64,000 nucleotides of DNA from Candidatus Micrarchaeota archaeon (GTDB taxonomy: Archaea; Micrarchaeota; Micrarchaeia; Anstonellales; Bilamarchaeaceae), in contig JACRGB010000003.1 of NCBI GenBank assembly GCA_016212505.1, forward strand, positions 27,561 to 91,560, in the 5' to 3' direction. Shown here piece by piece: positions 26,516 through 36,111 of this stretch. The position numbers and the translations under genes were made by a program. The notes below the pieces were generated by a model. It was not told where the DNA came from. It did not search any database and saw only the letters and a list, made by a program, of their open reading frames with translations. The first letter of the stretch is position 1; every line of letters starts with the position of its first letter.

Positions 26516-29500
26516 CTATCTAGATGCACGCAATGCTTTTTCCGCCATAGCTTGGGCATCAGGGAGAATATCAGCCCAGATATTTTGGAAACCGTCTTTG
26601 CCACCTATAGTAAGCAAGTGACTGAATATATCCGTTGCTTCAGGTGCATCAAACACGACACGACCATGCCGATCAGCCATAACATAATCACGCTGACCAT
26701 TTATCGGCATACCGACCATCACCTGCGGAGGGTCTCCCTTTTGGCCGCCCGCATAGTATGCTTCAATTTCTTTTATCGCAGTTGGGGAAAGTGATTGCCC
26801 AGCTCCAACCATCTGGCCATCATTTTTAGCAAAAGCAGTCACCAGGTTGCGTTCAAAATCAGGGGTACTCCCAACTTCAGTATGCCATTTTTTAGCCCCC
26901 TCTTTTATGGAATGGGTTGCTGATTGGGCCACTTCAGAAACGGGGCGGCCAGACAAACGCGCAAGGCTTATAAAAACTGGAGCTAAATCTTTTGAATATT
27001 GGGGGATTAGGTGTTCTTTGGAGGAATAAAGTTCATATCCCCCTCGTGTATTTTTAGTTACCCGAAAATGGCCTGCGGCATCAGTATCTATCCGCCCGAT
27101 TTTGAATATTGCAGACTCTCCCCTAACATCTACAACAGTATAACCTTCACTCTTAAGTAATGCAACCTTTGAAGGAGGCACTTTCAGCAACATACCCTGA
27201 AGGTTTCCAGAATGATTATCCCAGGAACCTCCCATCATGAGTCCAGTGCATGCATAACCAATTTCCTGATGAACTACCTCGGGATGTTCTTTATAAAATT
27301 TGGTTAATTCGGTATTGCCTTTCATTCTAGATAAACTAGCTGCTTCCATAGTTGAAGTTTGAATTGGTTCACCCCCAAGGTTGAGAGTACCGCTAAAGTA
27401 TTTGATATGGTCTATCAAACCCCATTTAACCGCCCCACCCTCCGGAGAGGAGAACGTAAGCGGTTTACTATTTGATTCGCTAACCACTCCGGCAGTTGGA
27501 ACATTTGCTATTTGCCCGGTTTTTGCCCCGAAAGCAGCAGGCCGTAAATCCTCGGCTTTTGCAATAAATGCTCGCTCTTCACCCGAAGGGGCAACTACTT
27601 TTATCTCGTACGCTCCAACCATACCATCATGGCCGATTATCCGAGTAATTTTACTGCCTTCTGGAACTTTGGCAAGGACAGTTTCAGAAAGATTACCGGA
27701 TAATAAAAGAGATCCGATTGTAGAAACCTGCTGATGATAGTTACCCGACCTAGGATCAAAAGAATGAGAGTAGAGTCCTTTTTTCTCTAAATAAGAGCTT
27801 ACATCAGCCACAGCCGCTTCATTGCTCTTTGCATTAAGATAGACATTTTTTAATTCACCTGAAGATAAGCCAAGTGCTTTCTCAGATGCAGGCACTCCCT
27901 TAAGGTTTTCCAAATAAGTTGCAGCCGAGTGTTCTCCGGCAAGAGTTAGAGTTCTGATGCTTTGTTCTTGTTGGGCAGGAGGAGCTGCTAAAAATGACTC
28001 TGCGGATTTTGTGCGTTCTGTGACGGCTGGGGATCTTAATGATGCTCCTAATTTCTGTGCCTCTGAACGCTCTGCGCCAGTGAGTTCGTGCTGCTGCGCA
28101 CGAGGTTCAGCTGGAGTTTCTAATGCCCGAGGCAATTCTTGCACCGGAACTGCACGTTCTTGAGCCGGAGAATGCCCCGTGGCTTTATTAAGTTCAACAA
28201 CCTTTGGCGCAGTCGTCAAGGAGGTGCGTTTCTTTATTTCACTATCAAGACCATTTGCAGCCTTTTCTAATGCAACTGCCAAAAGAGGATTTGTTTTTTG
28301 ACCGCTTTCTTTAGGGGGATTACGCCAGAACTTTGCTTCATCTCGCAAAGAGCCGGCACGCTCGGATAGCTCCCCAACTTCGATTTTAGGGTTATCAATC
28401 AAACGTTGGGTCTGGAGCTTTGCCGTAGCCTCAAGGGTCACGGAGTCATTCTGCAACTGGGGAATATGCCCTTCATATATGGCCAAACCCGCTTCGTTTA
28501 ATGCGAGATTAAATTCTTGGTTTTGCCTTGGAAGTCTTTCGGTTCCGGAAACGTGTTCCCGATAAGATCTGGCGAGATTGCCTGCAGCACGGGCAGTCCG
28601 TTCTGCTTCTCCCACACCCATGCCCGAATTGATCAAACGATCCTTAAGTTCGGAAAATGCACTTTTCTCTGCGAATTTATGTGCCTCTGCTGCGACCTGT
28701 TCTTGAGGAAGAGGTTTTGCGGATTGGTCAGAGGGATGCGCCAATTCGAATTCCGCAGCTCGCCTAACCGTTTCAAATTTTTCATTAATTGCTCTAGCGT
28801 GAACATCAAGTGCACTTGCAAGTTTTACCTGCTGCTCCCGCACAGGTATTGCTTCTGCGCCTTTTCCTAGGGTATAGACAGTACCTTCTGGAGAAACGGA
28901 ACTATCTGAAAATCGCGACCGAAATCTTGTTTCATTACGAGTAAATTCAAAGTTAGGAGTTTTGAATCCATCAAAAAGTGAGACGGGTTGGCTGCTGGTT
29001 TTTTCCTGAGCCACTAAAACATCCGCACTTTGACGCAATTGCTTTGCGTCAGCAGTAAGTTGTGCAGCCCGATCTTCGAGTACTTGCGCCCCTGCAGAAT
29101 CCCCCTGGCGGTTCAATCTTCGCATTTCTGTTAATGCGTCTGTTGCTTGGGCAGTAATATGATCTGCCTGAGCAAGCAATTGTTGCGAACTTGGAACTTC
29201 TGCTTGATGGGCCATAGGCCGTACTGGAGCTGCTGACCTATTCGTCCGTTCAACTGCCAAACGCCTGGAGATGGCTCTGGAAAAATTAATTCCAAATCGG
29301 CCAACTGCACCAACATCAATACCAGCATTTGCATAAACTGGGGTCCGGTCTACGGCCTCGACAAAAGCAGCCCCAAAAACTCTAGCCCCGAATTTTACTT
29401 TATCAAAACCCTTACTCGCTGCTGATTTAGTTTTGTCTTTAGCAATCCGTGCTGCTTCTCCGGCGGTTTCTGCAGCTACGGCCATTCTTCCAACAACCCG

Positions 29501-32137
29501 CTCAGGCATAGCAACTTGAACATTAGGCCCAGTAGTGACTTTTGGGGCAGATTTTCTAGAGTTAACCGTAATTTCTCCGGAAACAACATCTCCTGCATTA
29601 ACTCCTTGAGGCATCCGGCTAGCCATAGAGTTTGGAATTTTACTTTGAGGCAGTTTCAAGGTTGGAATTTCGAAAGTTGATCCGAAGGCAGCAGTGCGCA
29701 CTTTACTGGAAAAACCTTCAATAACAAATGAGCTGGTCCTCCTATAAGAGGATTTAGCCAGATTAAAAGCACTTTTACGTGAATGCCACAAGGGCAGTGC
29801 ATTATAGAGCAAATCAGCCCCGCCACTTGCCCAGTCACCTTGACGGATCTGACTATACGCGCTACCAACTCCTTCTACAGAAAAACCGAGATTGATACCC
29901 GTTTCTGCCACCCTAAATGCCACGCCGGCATGGCCTAAATTAAACGCATTTGCAGATCCTTTGAGAAGCGGGTTAAATCTAAGCCCAACTACGCTAGTGA
30001 TAAGCATGAGTTGGGTTTTCCACGAAACATCCCCGGTAAAGTATTGCTCCCGAGCAGCGCCCCGGAATGCACTTGCAACACCAAAAAATTGGCCGATAAC
30101 CGGAATAAATGCAACTAGCCTCTCGGCCCATTCATTCAACTTATCTGCAACGTGCATTTTATGTTTTAGTTCATCAAATCGGATTTGAAGCTCTTCCCCG
30201 GCCTGATCAGCAAGTGCCTGAGCACGGTAATTCTGCTTAACTCCGCTATAATATCCTATCAGCTTTTTTGATTGGGCAACAATGGCATCTTGGAGCTTGC
30301 CTTCACCAACTGCAAAAACACGGGAACTTGAGGTGCACACGGAAGCTTCAAAGCGGGCCATAACTTCTGCAAGTTTCTGGTTGTTTTTATCAAAACCCTT
30401 CCCTTCCAGATGTTGATCAAGCAAATGCAACGAAGCATCCATAAAAAATCCAAAATTATTTCTCACAGGATCTATTTTCCCGCTCCTATCAAGAAGGGCA
30501 GCTGCAGAAGCATTGTATTGTTCACCCATCGAACGGGTATCTATCCGAAGCATATTCATTGCAGCGGCCTTAGCCCTAACCGCATCCGTGAATGATCGCC
30601 TGACGGTTTCAGACATTCCTCCAGAAAGATAGGAACTTAGGGCAGCATCATAGGATTTTCTCATAGTGTCAAGACTTTCCATACCGCGAAATTCTTTGGT
30701 TTCTTTCCAGTCGCCCTGACGAACTGCCTCGTAATATCCTGAAGCATTCCTGGTTTCATTCATCAAAAAGATCCCGGTAGAGACAAAAGCAACGGCTTCG
30801 TTTCTGGATTTATAAAATTCTGCAATTTTAGCACTGGCTGCAGATAAATCAGAAAGTTTTCCGCTTTTTTTTGCTTTTTCTATTTCACCCTTAAGTTTTG
30901 CAGATTCTGCCTCTACAGATTCTAATCGTGCAATGAATTTTGGGATTTCATACCGAAATGAGTCTCCAAACTGTGAATGTACGAATTTCTTTAGTTCATC
31001 AGTACTGGCCAATTCGCCCAATTGTTTTTCCTGTGCATTTACATATTCGAGTTGTTTTTTTGTTATGAACTCATTGGTTTTTTTATCAAACTCAGGAAGT
31101 AGTTTGTTTACCTTAGCAACATCTCTTTTTTCTATAGCCAATTTCACTTCATCAAGGGATTTTTGAAGCTCGGGGATTTCGCCGTAACTGGCAGATAGTT
31201 GCATATATGCTTCTCTGCGTTGTTCCAGAACAGATTTCGTCGTAGGAATTTTGCCGTCCTTATCTTTCTTGCCAGGCTGTGGCTGCGTAAGGCTAATACA
31301 ATATTTTGCATCCTCAAATTTTTTCATGCCATGTGCAAATGCAGCTTCTGCATTCTGAATATCGCCCTTAAGGTGTAATGAAACTGCTTCTTTTAGGTCG
31401 TCTAGGCCGTCTGATTTTTTTATGCCCTTAATATTTAGGGCATCTTCGTAACTCATAAGGCGGTCAAGTGCAGCATCTGCTTGGGCAAAGATTTGGTGTG
31501 CTGATTGTGGATTTTTTTCTTCTGGTGCAGAATCATAAAGTTTTTTGATTTGTAATGCAGCACTTTTGATGAAGGGGTCAGATGAGGCCAGAAGTTTTGG
31601 AACAGTGGAACGAAAATCACCGAGTGCTTTTGACTGCTCTACTTCATTAACACGGGAATTCATCTGCCCGATAAGTGCCCCTGCAGCGCCTCTTAGACTA
31701 TCATCAACCTTGTTTTGTTTAAACTGTAAAAGTAAATAATCAGTTTGGGACTTAAACTGCTCAAAAAGATTTACAGAGTGATCAGCTGGATCGATTTTGG
31801 CTTTCCCTAAGTCATTCATACGGGTAAGCAACTCCGCAAGTGCAAGGCAAACCTGCCCATTTGCATAACTAACATCGGTTAGGCCTTCTTTTTGAGCGCG
31901 GACAAAAAAAGCATTAGCCCGTTTGCCGAGTTCACTTACGCGCACATCGTCAGATCTCGCATACCCTCTTGCAGAAGCCCTTAATGCGTCAGGAGCACTG
32001 TTCAGCTTAACATCTTGAATATCTTTAATGGCAGTCTCTTGTGCACGGGCAGCAACTGCACCTAATACGGGGGCAAGTGCACTAACTTGTCTTGTCGGGT
32101 CATTTTCCTGAGGGTTGTAGAAGTGGGGCATAGGCAT
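26516..32137 (-). CDS. Giant (1873 aa) signal-less, largely helical protein with a central hydrophobic hairpin, a Gly/Ala-rich region and a C-terminal PI3K/PI4K-like kinase catalytic core; candidate effector/toxin
   Basis: Uninterrupted 5.6-kb ORF. It appears GC-richer than its surroundings. There is no N-terminal signal peptide. The first ~670 residues are K/E/A/Q-rich and coiled-coil-like. Hydrophobic segments lie at residues ~673-693 (LVAFIPVIGQFFGVASAF) and ~708-720 (QLMLITSVVGL). Residues 725-960 are G/A/S-rich. Residues 1524-1691 carry FIAKAEDLRP (Lys motif), GSWDNHSGN (D-x-H-x-x-N catalytic loop) and IDTDAAGHF (DFG-like). The Lys-to-DxH spacing of ~115 aa matches PI3K spacing. Confidence 0.85.
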   Translation of the reverse strand: MPMPHFYNPQENDPTRQVSALAPVLGAVAARAQETAIKDIQDVKLNSAPDALRASARGYARSDDVRVSELGKRANAFFVRAQKEGLTDVSYANGQVCLALAELLTRMNDLGKAKIDPADHSVNLFEQFKSQTDYLLLQFKQNKVDDSLRGAAGALIGQMNSRVNEVEQSKALGDFRSTVPKLLASSDPFIKSAALQIKKLYDSAPEEKNPQSAHQIFAQADAALDRLMSYEDALNIKGIKKSDGLDDLKEAVSLHLKGDIQNAEAAFAHGMKKFEDAKYCISLTQPQPGKKDKDGKIPTTKSVLEQRREAYMQLSASYGEIPELQKSLDEVKLAIEKRDVAKVNKLLPEFDKKTNEFITKKQLEYVNAQEKQLGELASTDELKKFVHSQFGDSFRYEIPKFIARLESVEAESAKLKGEIEKAKKSGKLSDLSAASAKIAEFYKSRNEAVAFVSTGIFLMNETRNASGYYEAVRQGDWKETKEFRGMESLDTMRKSYDAALSSYLSGGMSETVRRSFTDAVRAKAAAMNMLRIDTRSMGEQYNASAAALLDRSGKIDPVRNNFGFFMDASLHLLDQHLEGKGFDKNNQKLAEVMARFEASVCTSSSRVFAVGEGKLQDAIVAQSKKLIGYYSGVKQNYRAQALADQAGEELQIRFDELKHKMHVADKLNEWAERLVAFIPVIGQFFGVASAFRGAAREQYFTGDVSWKTQLMLITSVVGLRFNPLLKGSANAFNLGHAGVAFRVAETGINLGFSVEGVGSAYSQIRQGDWASGGADLLYNALPLWHSRKSAFNLAKSSYRRTSSFVIEGFSSKVRTAAFGSTFEIPTLKLPQSKIPNSMASRMPQGVNAGDVVSGEITVNSRKSAPKVTTGPNVQVAMPERVVGRMAVAAETAGEAARIAKDKTKSAASKGFDKVKFGARVFGAAFVEAVDRTPVYANAGIDVGAVGRFGINFSRAISRRLAVERTNRSAAPVRPMAHQAEVPSSQQLLAQADHITAQATDALTEMRRLNRQGDSAGAQVLEDRAAQLTADAKQLRQSADVLVAQEKTSSQPVSLFDGFKTPNFEFTRNETRFRSRFSDSSVSPEGTVYTLGKGAEAIPVREQQVKLASALDVHARAINEKFETVRRAAEFELAHPSDQSAKPLPQEQVAAEAHKFAEKSAFSELKDRLINSGMGVGEAERTARAAGNLARSYREHVSGTERLPRQNQEFNLALNEAGLAIYEGHIPQLQNDSVTLEATAKLQTQRLIDNPKIEVGELSERAGSLRDEAKFWRNPPKESGQKTNPLLAVALEKAANGLDSEIKKRTSLTTAPKVVELNKATGHSPAQERAVPVQELPRALETPAEPRAQQHELTGAERSEAQKLGASLRSPAVTERTKSAESFLAAPPAQQEQSIRTLTLAGEHSAATYLENLKGVPASEKALGLSSGELKNVYLNAKSNEAAVADVSSYLEKKGLYSHSFDPRSGNYHQQVSTIGSLLLSGNLSETVLAKVPEGSKITRIIGHDGMVGAYEIKVVAPSGEERAFIAKAEDLRPAAFGAKTGQIANVPTAGVVSESNSKPLTFSSPEGGAVKWGLIDHIKYFSGTLNLGGEPIQTSTMEAASLSRMKGNTELTKFYKEHPEVVHQEIGYACTGLMMGGSWDNHSGNLQGMLLKVPPSKVALLKSEGYTVVDVRGESAIFKIGRIDTDAAGHFRVTKNTRGGYELYSSKEHLIPQYSKDLAPVFISLARLSGRPVSEVAQSATHSIKEGAKKWHTEVGSTPDFERNLVTAFAKNDGQMVGAGQSLSPTAIKEIEAYYAGGQKGDPPQVMVGMPINGQRDYVMADRHGRVVFDAPEATDIFSHLLTIGGKDGFQNIWADILPDAQAMAEKALRASR
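27000..27900 (-). other. PI3K/PI4K-like (atypical lipid/protein kinase) catalytic domain within the giant protein
   Basis: Codons 1524-1691 map to ~27065-27568. rc(27541-27580) encodes ERAFIAKAEDLRP. Motifs are described in the parent feature. Confidence 0.4.
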
Positions 32138-32146
32138 TACCGATAA

Positions 32147-32422
32147 TCAGGGAGAAGGCAACTCACGACAGAGTTCATCCAAAACGCCAAGACTTTCTGA
32201 AATAAGTTCTAAATCAGTACTATTGCCATAAACATCTCTCCAGTATTCCAGTGCGCTTTTCCATTTTTCAAGCCGTACGAGTTCTTCAGGAGGAGTTTTG
32301 GACTTAAATTTAGGGTTATTTAGGTTTAATGCGATGGATATTGACTTAATACTTTTATCAACTCGGTAGATAGAATTACCGTAAAGTTTGAGCAATTCGG
32401 AATCTAAATTCTGATCTGCCAT
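32147..32422 (-). CDS. Small acidic cytosolic protein, translationally coupled to the giant gene (possible chaperone/adaptor)
   Basis: 91 aa. Its stop lies 10 nt upstream of the giant protein start codon. No TM. Helical and acidic composition. Confidence 0.5.
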   Translation of the reverse strand: MADQNLDSELLKLYGNSIYRVDKSIKSISIALNLNNPKFKSKTPPEELVRLEKWKSALEYWRDVYGNSTDLELISESLGVLDELCRELPSP

Positions 32423-32495
32423 AATTGTGGTATCACAGAACGTAAATAAAAAACCACCTTATGAGTAGGACTCAATGGACCCATAATAAAAAGAC

Positions 32496-33596
32496 CTAGA
32501 TCAGTTTCACCAGTCCCCTTCCTATTTCCGGGATGTTTCCCCCAAATAAGTTCGCTGCGTTAAGGGTGAATGTCATAAATACCACCATTGCGATTAATGG
32601 GAAGAGGCAAATTGCTGAAAGCAGATGGAGGGCAAGATCCGAAAGATGGTAGGTCACCAATTCAGTAAGCTGGCCATAGTTTGCTCTTAATCGGACTACG
32701 GATTCGCTTAAGCTGCCGACGCTGGGGCTCTGGCAGGCATAAGTTGAAAGATCATCTGGAACAGATGGAAGCATGCAGTCGTATTTGAACGAGCTTTCAA
32801 GGGGCGCGGGATTTGGGTTTGCAACAAGCAGAGAGGTCTGCACATGGGGAAGCGACATAGTTGCCACTAGGATATAAGTAAGGGGAAATACGAAATATAT
32901 GCCTACTGAAATTGCCATCATAAATGCGCCGGCACCGCGCACTGGGGGAAAGGCACGGAGTGCAACCCCAACAGAAAAGAAGAAACCAGCATAATATTTG
33001 ATGAAGGTGAAGGTATGGACAATAAGATAATACATGTACATGTAAAATGACATTGATTTTGTTGCGGTTGCAATTCTTTCTGAAAGCCATTTTATACCAA
33101 ATCCCGAGGCCACTTCGGACATGAAAATTTCCATATAAACAGATGAAATGGCCTCCACAGGGATGCTGAGGCCATAAAGGACTTTCATAAAACCGCTAAC
33201 GCATCTTGCCGGGGTTTCCATATAAAGGATCATCCAGTCGATGAGCGTGTTTTGGCTAAATACCACGCCATTCCAGGGAAAATCGTTCGAGTTGAGCTGG
33301 AAGGTAGAAAGATAAAGTGACTTTGCAACAGAACTGTGGAGTCCTGGCAGGGGCGCTCCTTGGGCAAGCAGGGGTTCGCCAACCTGGGCAAGCGCGGCCA
33401 CCATAATCACAATAAGCACGGTGGATACTGCATAAACAAATTCCGTTTTCGCTGTCTGCTCGAGGTTACGTAGGGAAAAGAGCCGGGAAAACATAATCAG
33501 CATGGCAGCAACTACTACTGATAGTGATGCTGCGGCAACCGCAAGCAATTCCCAGCCTGCATAGAAAGACGAACAGAAAAAAGTTGTACAAACCAT
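32496..33596 (-). CDS. Polytopic membrane protein, paralog family member P1 (366 aa)
   Basis: Shares the N-terminal motif (SRLFSLRNLEQTAKTEF), the loop motif ALRAFPPVRGAGAFMMAISVGIYFVFP and the C-terminal ...GNIPEIGRGLVKLI with the five upstream paralogs. Confidence 0.7.
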   Translation of the reverse strand: MVCTTFFCSSFYAGWELLAVAAASLSVVVAAMLIMFSRLFSLRNLEQTAKTEFVYAVSTVLIVIMVAALAQVGEPLLAQGAPLPGLHSSVAKSLYLSTFQLNSNDFPWNGVVFSQNTLIDWMILYMETPARCVSGFMKVLYGLSIPVEAISSVYMEIFMSEVASGFGIKWLSERIATATKSMSFYMYMYYLIVHTFTFIKYYAGFFFSVGVALRAFPPVRGAGAFMMAISVGIYFVFPLTYILVATMSLPHVQTSLLVANPNPAPLESSFKYDCMLPSVPDDLSTYACQSPSVGSLSESVVRLRANYGQLTELVTYHLSDLALHLLSAICLFPLIAMVVFMTFTLNAANLFGGNIPEIGRGLVKLI

Positions 33597-34847
33597 CTAG
33601 ATCATCCTCGTTAATGAACTTATATCTACTTCTTCGCCGAAAATTGCGCTGAACCTCCTTGCAGCTTCAATAAACACAAGGACATTTAGGGCAGGGGCAA
33701 GAAACGCGAATAAAAATGCAAGTGCTACCACGGAAATTGGGATCATTATAATTATTGTAAATGTATCCCCAACAATGGACTGGAGGATGGAGCCAACTCC
33801 GCCATAAGTACCGCTTACAATGTCAGTAATGCCTCCATTGCCAAAACCTTTGGAGAAAAAATCGCTTGCATGCTTCATGAAACCGCCCGGGGTCAGGTCG
33901 CTAAAGAAATTGCGGAGGAAATCTGTCCAGTTAACTAAAGGATTCCCAAGACCGCTTAACATGACACTAAAGGTAAGGACGGTAAGGAGGGGAAATACAA
34001 GGAGGAATGCTGCGGAAATCCCAATCAGGGTCCCTCCAACCCTCCGGGTCGGGGTAAAGCAGCGGAGGAAAATACCTGCTGGCAGATAATAGTGAAGGAA
34101 TGCCTGTAATGAAAATAGGTAAACAAATAGCTGCGCATACATTATGATATATGCAACAGATAATGCAACCGACATATTATACAGCAGTTGTTTTATAGGG
34201 GAGAAAAATCCTGCAAAGGGAGTTGCTACAAGCCCAACGCCAAGAGGCCGGGCATAGGGAGTAACCGAAGCGAACTGGTCTACAATCACATTTAGCAGGT
34301 AGCTCATATCCAGCCAACTGCCGACATAGTATCCACCAAGTTCAAAAAATGCCCCTGCGACCTTATATACTGAATCTCCGGCCACAACACCAGTAAAACC
34401 AGAACCTAGTGGAGTTGCTTTTGGGAAAAAGTCTTCTGGAAGGGAGGATCCCATATCAATATTTGCAAGGACAGCAATTGAGCCCAAAATGATAACTGCA
34501 AGAAAACCGGAAATGACAAGTTCGAGAAGTTCCTGCTTTACGAAATTTATGACCATCTGGTTCCTTAGCAGGGTACCAAAAATATAAAATAATGCAAGAA
34601 GCACTGCTGAAACCATTAAAGCTAAACCCGATGGGGCAACCCAGTCCCACATGCCGGCAAACTGGGTGGAAACTATTGAATCAGCATCAAGCTTGAACAT
34701 TCCTGCAGTTCCCTGCGGGGGGGAGGGGTTTTGGAAAGGCGGGGCCTGCACACAGCCCGAGCTGATAAGAAATAGGAAAATGGCGGCGAGGAGGATGAAT
34801 ATTTTGGTTTTTTTGTTGCCGATCATACGCATAGTAAATCTCCCCAT
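33597..34847 (-). CDS. Polytopic membrane protein, paralog family member P2 (416 aa)
   Basis: Motifs GTLLRNQMVINFVKQELLEL and FLRCFTPTRRVGGTLIGISAAFLLVFP. C-terminus EEVDISSLTRMI. Abuts P1 with no gap. Confidence 0.7.
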   Translation of the reverse strand: MGRFTMRMIGNKKTKIFILLAAIFLFLISSGCVQAPPFQNPSPPQGTAGMFKLDADSIVSTQFAGMWDWVAPSGLALMVSAVLLALFYIFGTLLRNQMVINFVKQELLELVISGFLAVIILGSIAVLANIDMGSSLPEDFFPKATPLGSGFTGVVAGDSVYKVAGAFFELGGYYVGSWLDMSYLLNVIVDQFASVTPYARPLGVGLVATPFAGFFSPIKQLLYNMSVALSVAYIIMYAQLFVYLFSLQAFLHYYLPAGIFLRCFTPTRRVGGTLIGISAAFLLVFPLLTVLTFSVMLSGLGNPLVNWTDFLRNFFSDLTPGGFMKHASDFFSKGFGNGGITDIVSGTYGGVGSILQSIVGDTFTIIIMIPISVVALAFLFAFLAPALNVLVFIEAARRFSAIFGEEVDISSLTRMI

Positions 34848-36110
34848 TCATATAAGTTTTAAGAACCCAAAGAAATTAACATTAACTCCGAAGAACTTTG
34901 CAGTTTCCTTTGCTGCAGTAAGGGTAACGAAAATATTAAAGAACGGCAGCAGTACGGCCATCATGACGATATAGTATACGGACCCCCGCACAAGCTCAAA
35001 GGCCAGTGAAACTATCCCTCCCATGAAGAATGGCACCAGCACGCCGCTCGTAAGCAGCATTGAAATAACCGCAGTCCCAAAGACATTGAAGATCCCGCTG
35101 TTGGTAATGAAGCTGTTTATTGCTTTTTGGGCATCGATGATATTTCCACGCATTAGCTTGTGGACCTCATAGTCAATCAGGAACATGAACGGGTAAACGA
35201 GCGCGAGCGAAAATGCAATTGCGATCAAGGCTTCGCCTGCATTCCGCGTAAAAGGTATTGCACGAAGAAGGATGCCTAGCGGAATGAATAAGCTCCATGT
35301 CCACTTTTTGATTATGCATAGGGTGACAAGGTGGAGCAGCCATTCGCTAATGCCAAGGGAAAGGAACTGCAACGACGTACCGATAACATCAATAAGGGGC
35401 TTGAGTATGGGACCCATGTTAAACGAATACATTGCACGCCAGGTAACGCCAAACCACATTGTAGATGAATAGATCGTATGGACTACGGTGTTGTAAAGAA
35501 GGAGCATGCTGTAGTCGGTTGACATTTCGGTTATCATAACCCGGGTGAACTGTAGCGCGGCATCCATCATATTTGAATTGAAACGTGGATTGCCATAAAT
35601 AGGGTCGGCACTTGCATTCCCTGCACTAAATGAAAACCATAGCCCGCCCATGCCAATTGCCACAAGGATGACCATCACCCTGCGGATGGTGATTGTGGTC
35701 TGGTAAAGCTCATCTTTTGCAAGTGCGATTAATGAGGGCGAACTGAGAAGCTGGCCGAGCATATAAAATGCAGCGATTCCAAAAAAAACTACAAAAAGTG
35801 CAAGAATTGTAGGTGCAATCCAAAGTACATTTACAGTATCAGGAGAAATTGCAGGATTCGGGTTGGGGTTTTGGACTGAGAGGAAAGGATCATCGCAAGA
35901 GCTTCCCTTAAGGGTGTCAAAGAGGCTGTTGATGCCTACTGCGGCAGCTCCGGCGGGTGCCACTGCAGTATTTTTTATGTCATCCCAGCCCTTGTTCATA
36001 TTGTCGACGAATTTTTGGAATGCAGTGCTCCCAGCATTTTGGTCTGGCGGGTCGGCAAATAGGATGGAGGTGGAGAAGATCAGGATCAGGAATATGGGTA
36101 GCACCTTCAT
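34848..36110 (-). CDS. Polytopic membrane protein, paralog family member P3 (420 aa), signal peptide
   Basis: Starts MKVLPIFLILIFSTSILFA. Motifs GQLLSSPSLIALAKDELYQT and LLRAIPFTRNAGEALIAIAFSLALVYP. C-terminus VNVNFFGFLKLI. Abuts P2. Confidence 0.7.
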   Translation of the reverse strand: MKVLPIFLILIFSTSILFADPPDQNAGSTAFQKFVDNMNKGWDDIKNTAVAPAGAAAVGINSLFDTLKGSSCDDPFLSVQNPNPNPAISPDTVNVLWIAPTILALFVVFFGIAAFYMLGQLLSSPSLIALAKDELYQTTITIRRVMVILVAIGMGGLWFSFSAGNASADPIYGNPRFNSNMMDAALQFTRVMITEMSTDYSMLLLYNTVVHTIYSSTMWFGVTWRAMYSFNMGPILKPLIDVIGTSLQFLSLGISEWLLHLVTLCIIKKWTWSLFIPLGILLRAIPFTRNAGEALIAIAFSLALVYPFMFLIDYEVHKLMRGNIIDAQKAINSFITNSGIFNVFGTAVISMLLTSGVLVPFFMGGIVSLAFELVRGSVYYIVMMAVLLPFFNIFVTLTAAKETAKFFGVNVNFFGFLKLI

Positions 36111-36111
36111 A

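Noticed and set aside
26516-32137. Giant protein as a prophage tape-measure protein
   Set aside because: No capsid, tail, terminase or integrase genes flank it. The neighbours are membrane paralogs and housekeeping genes. The C-terminal kinase-like motifs are not a tape-measure feature.
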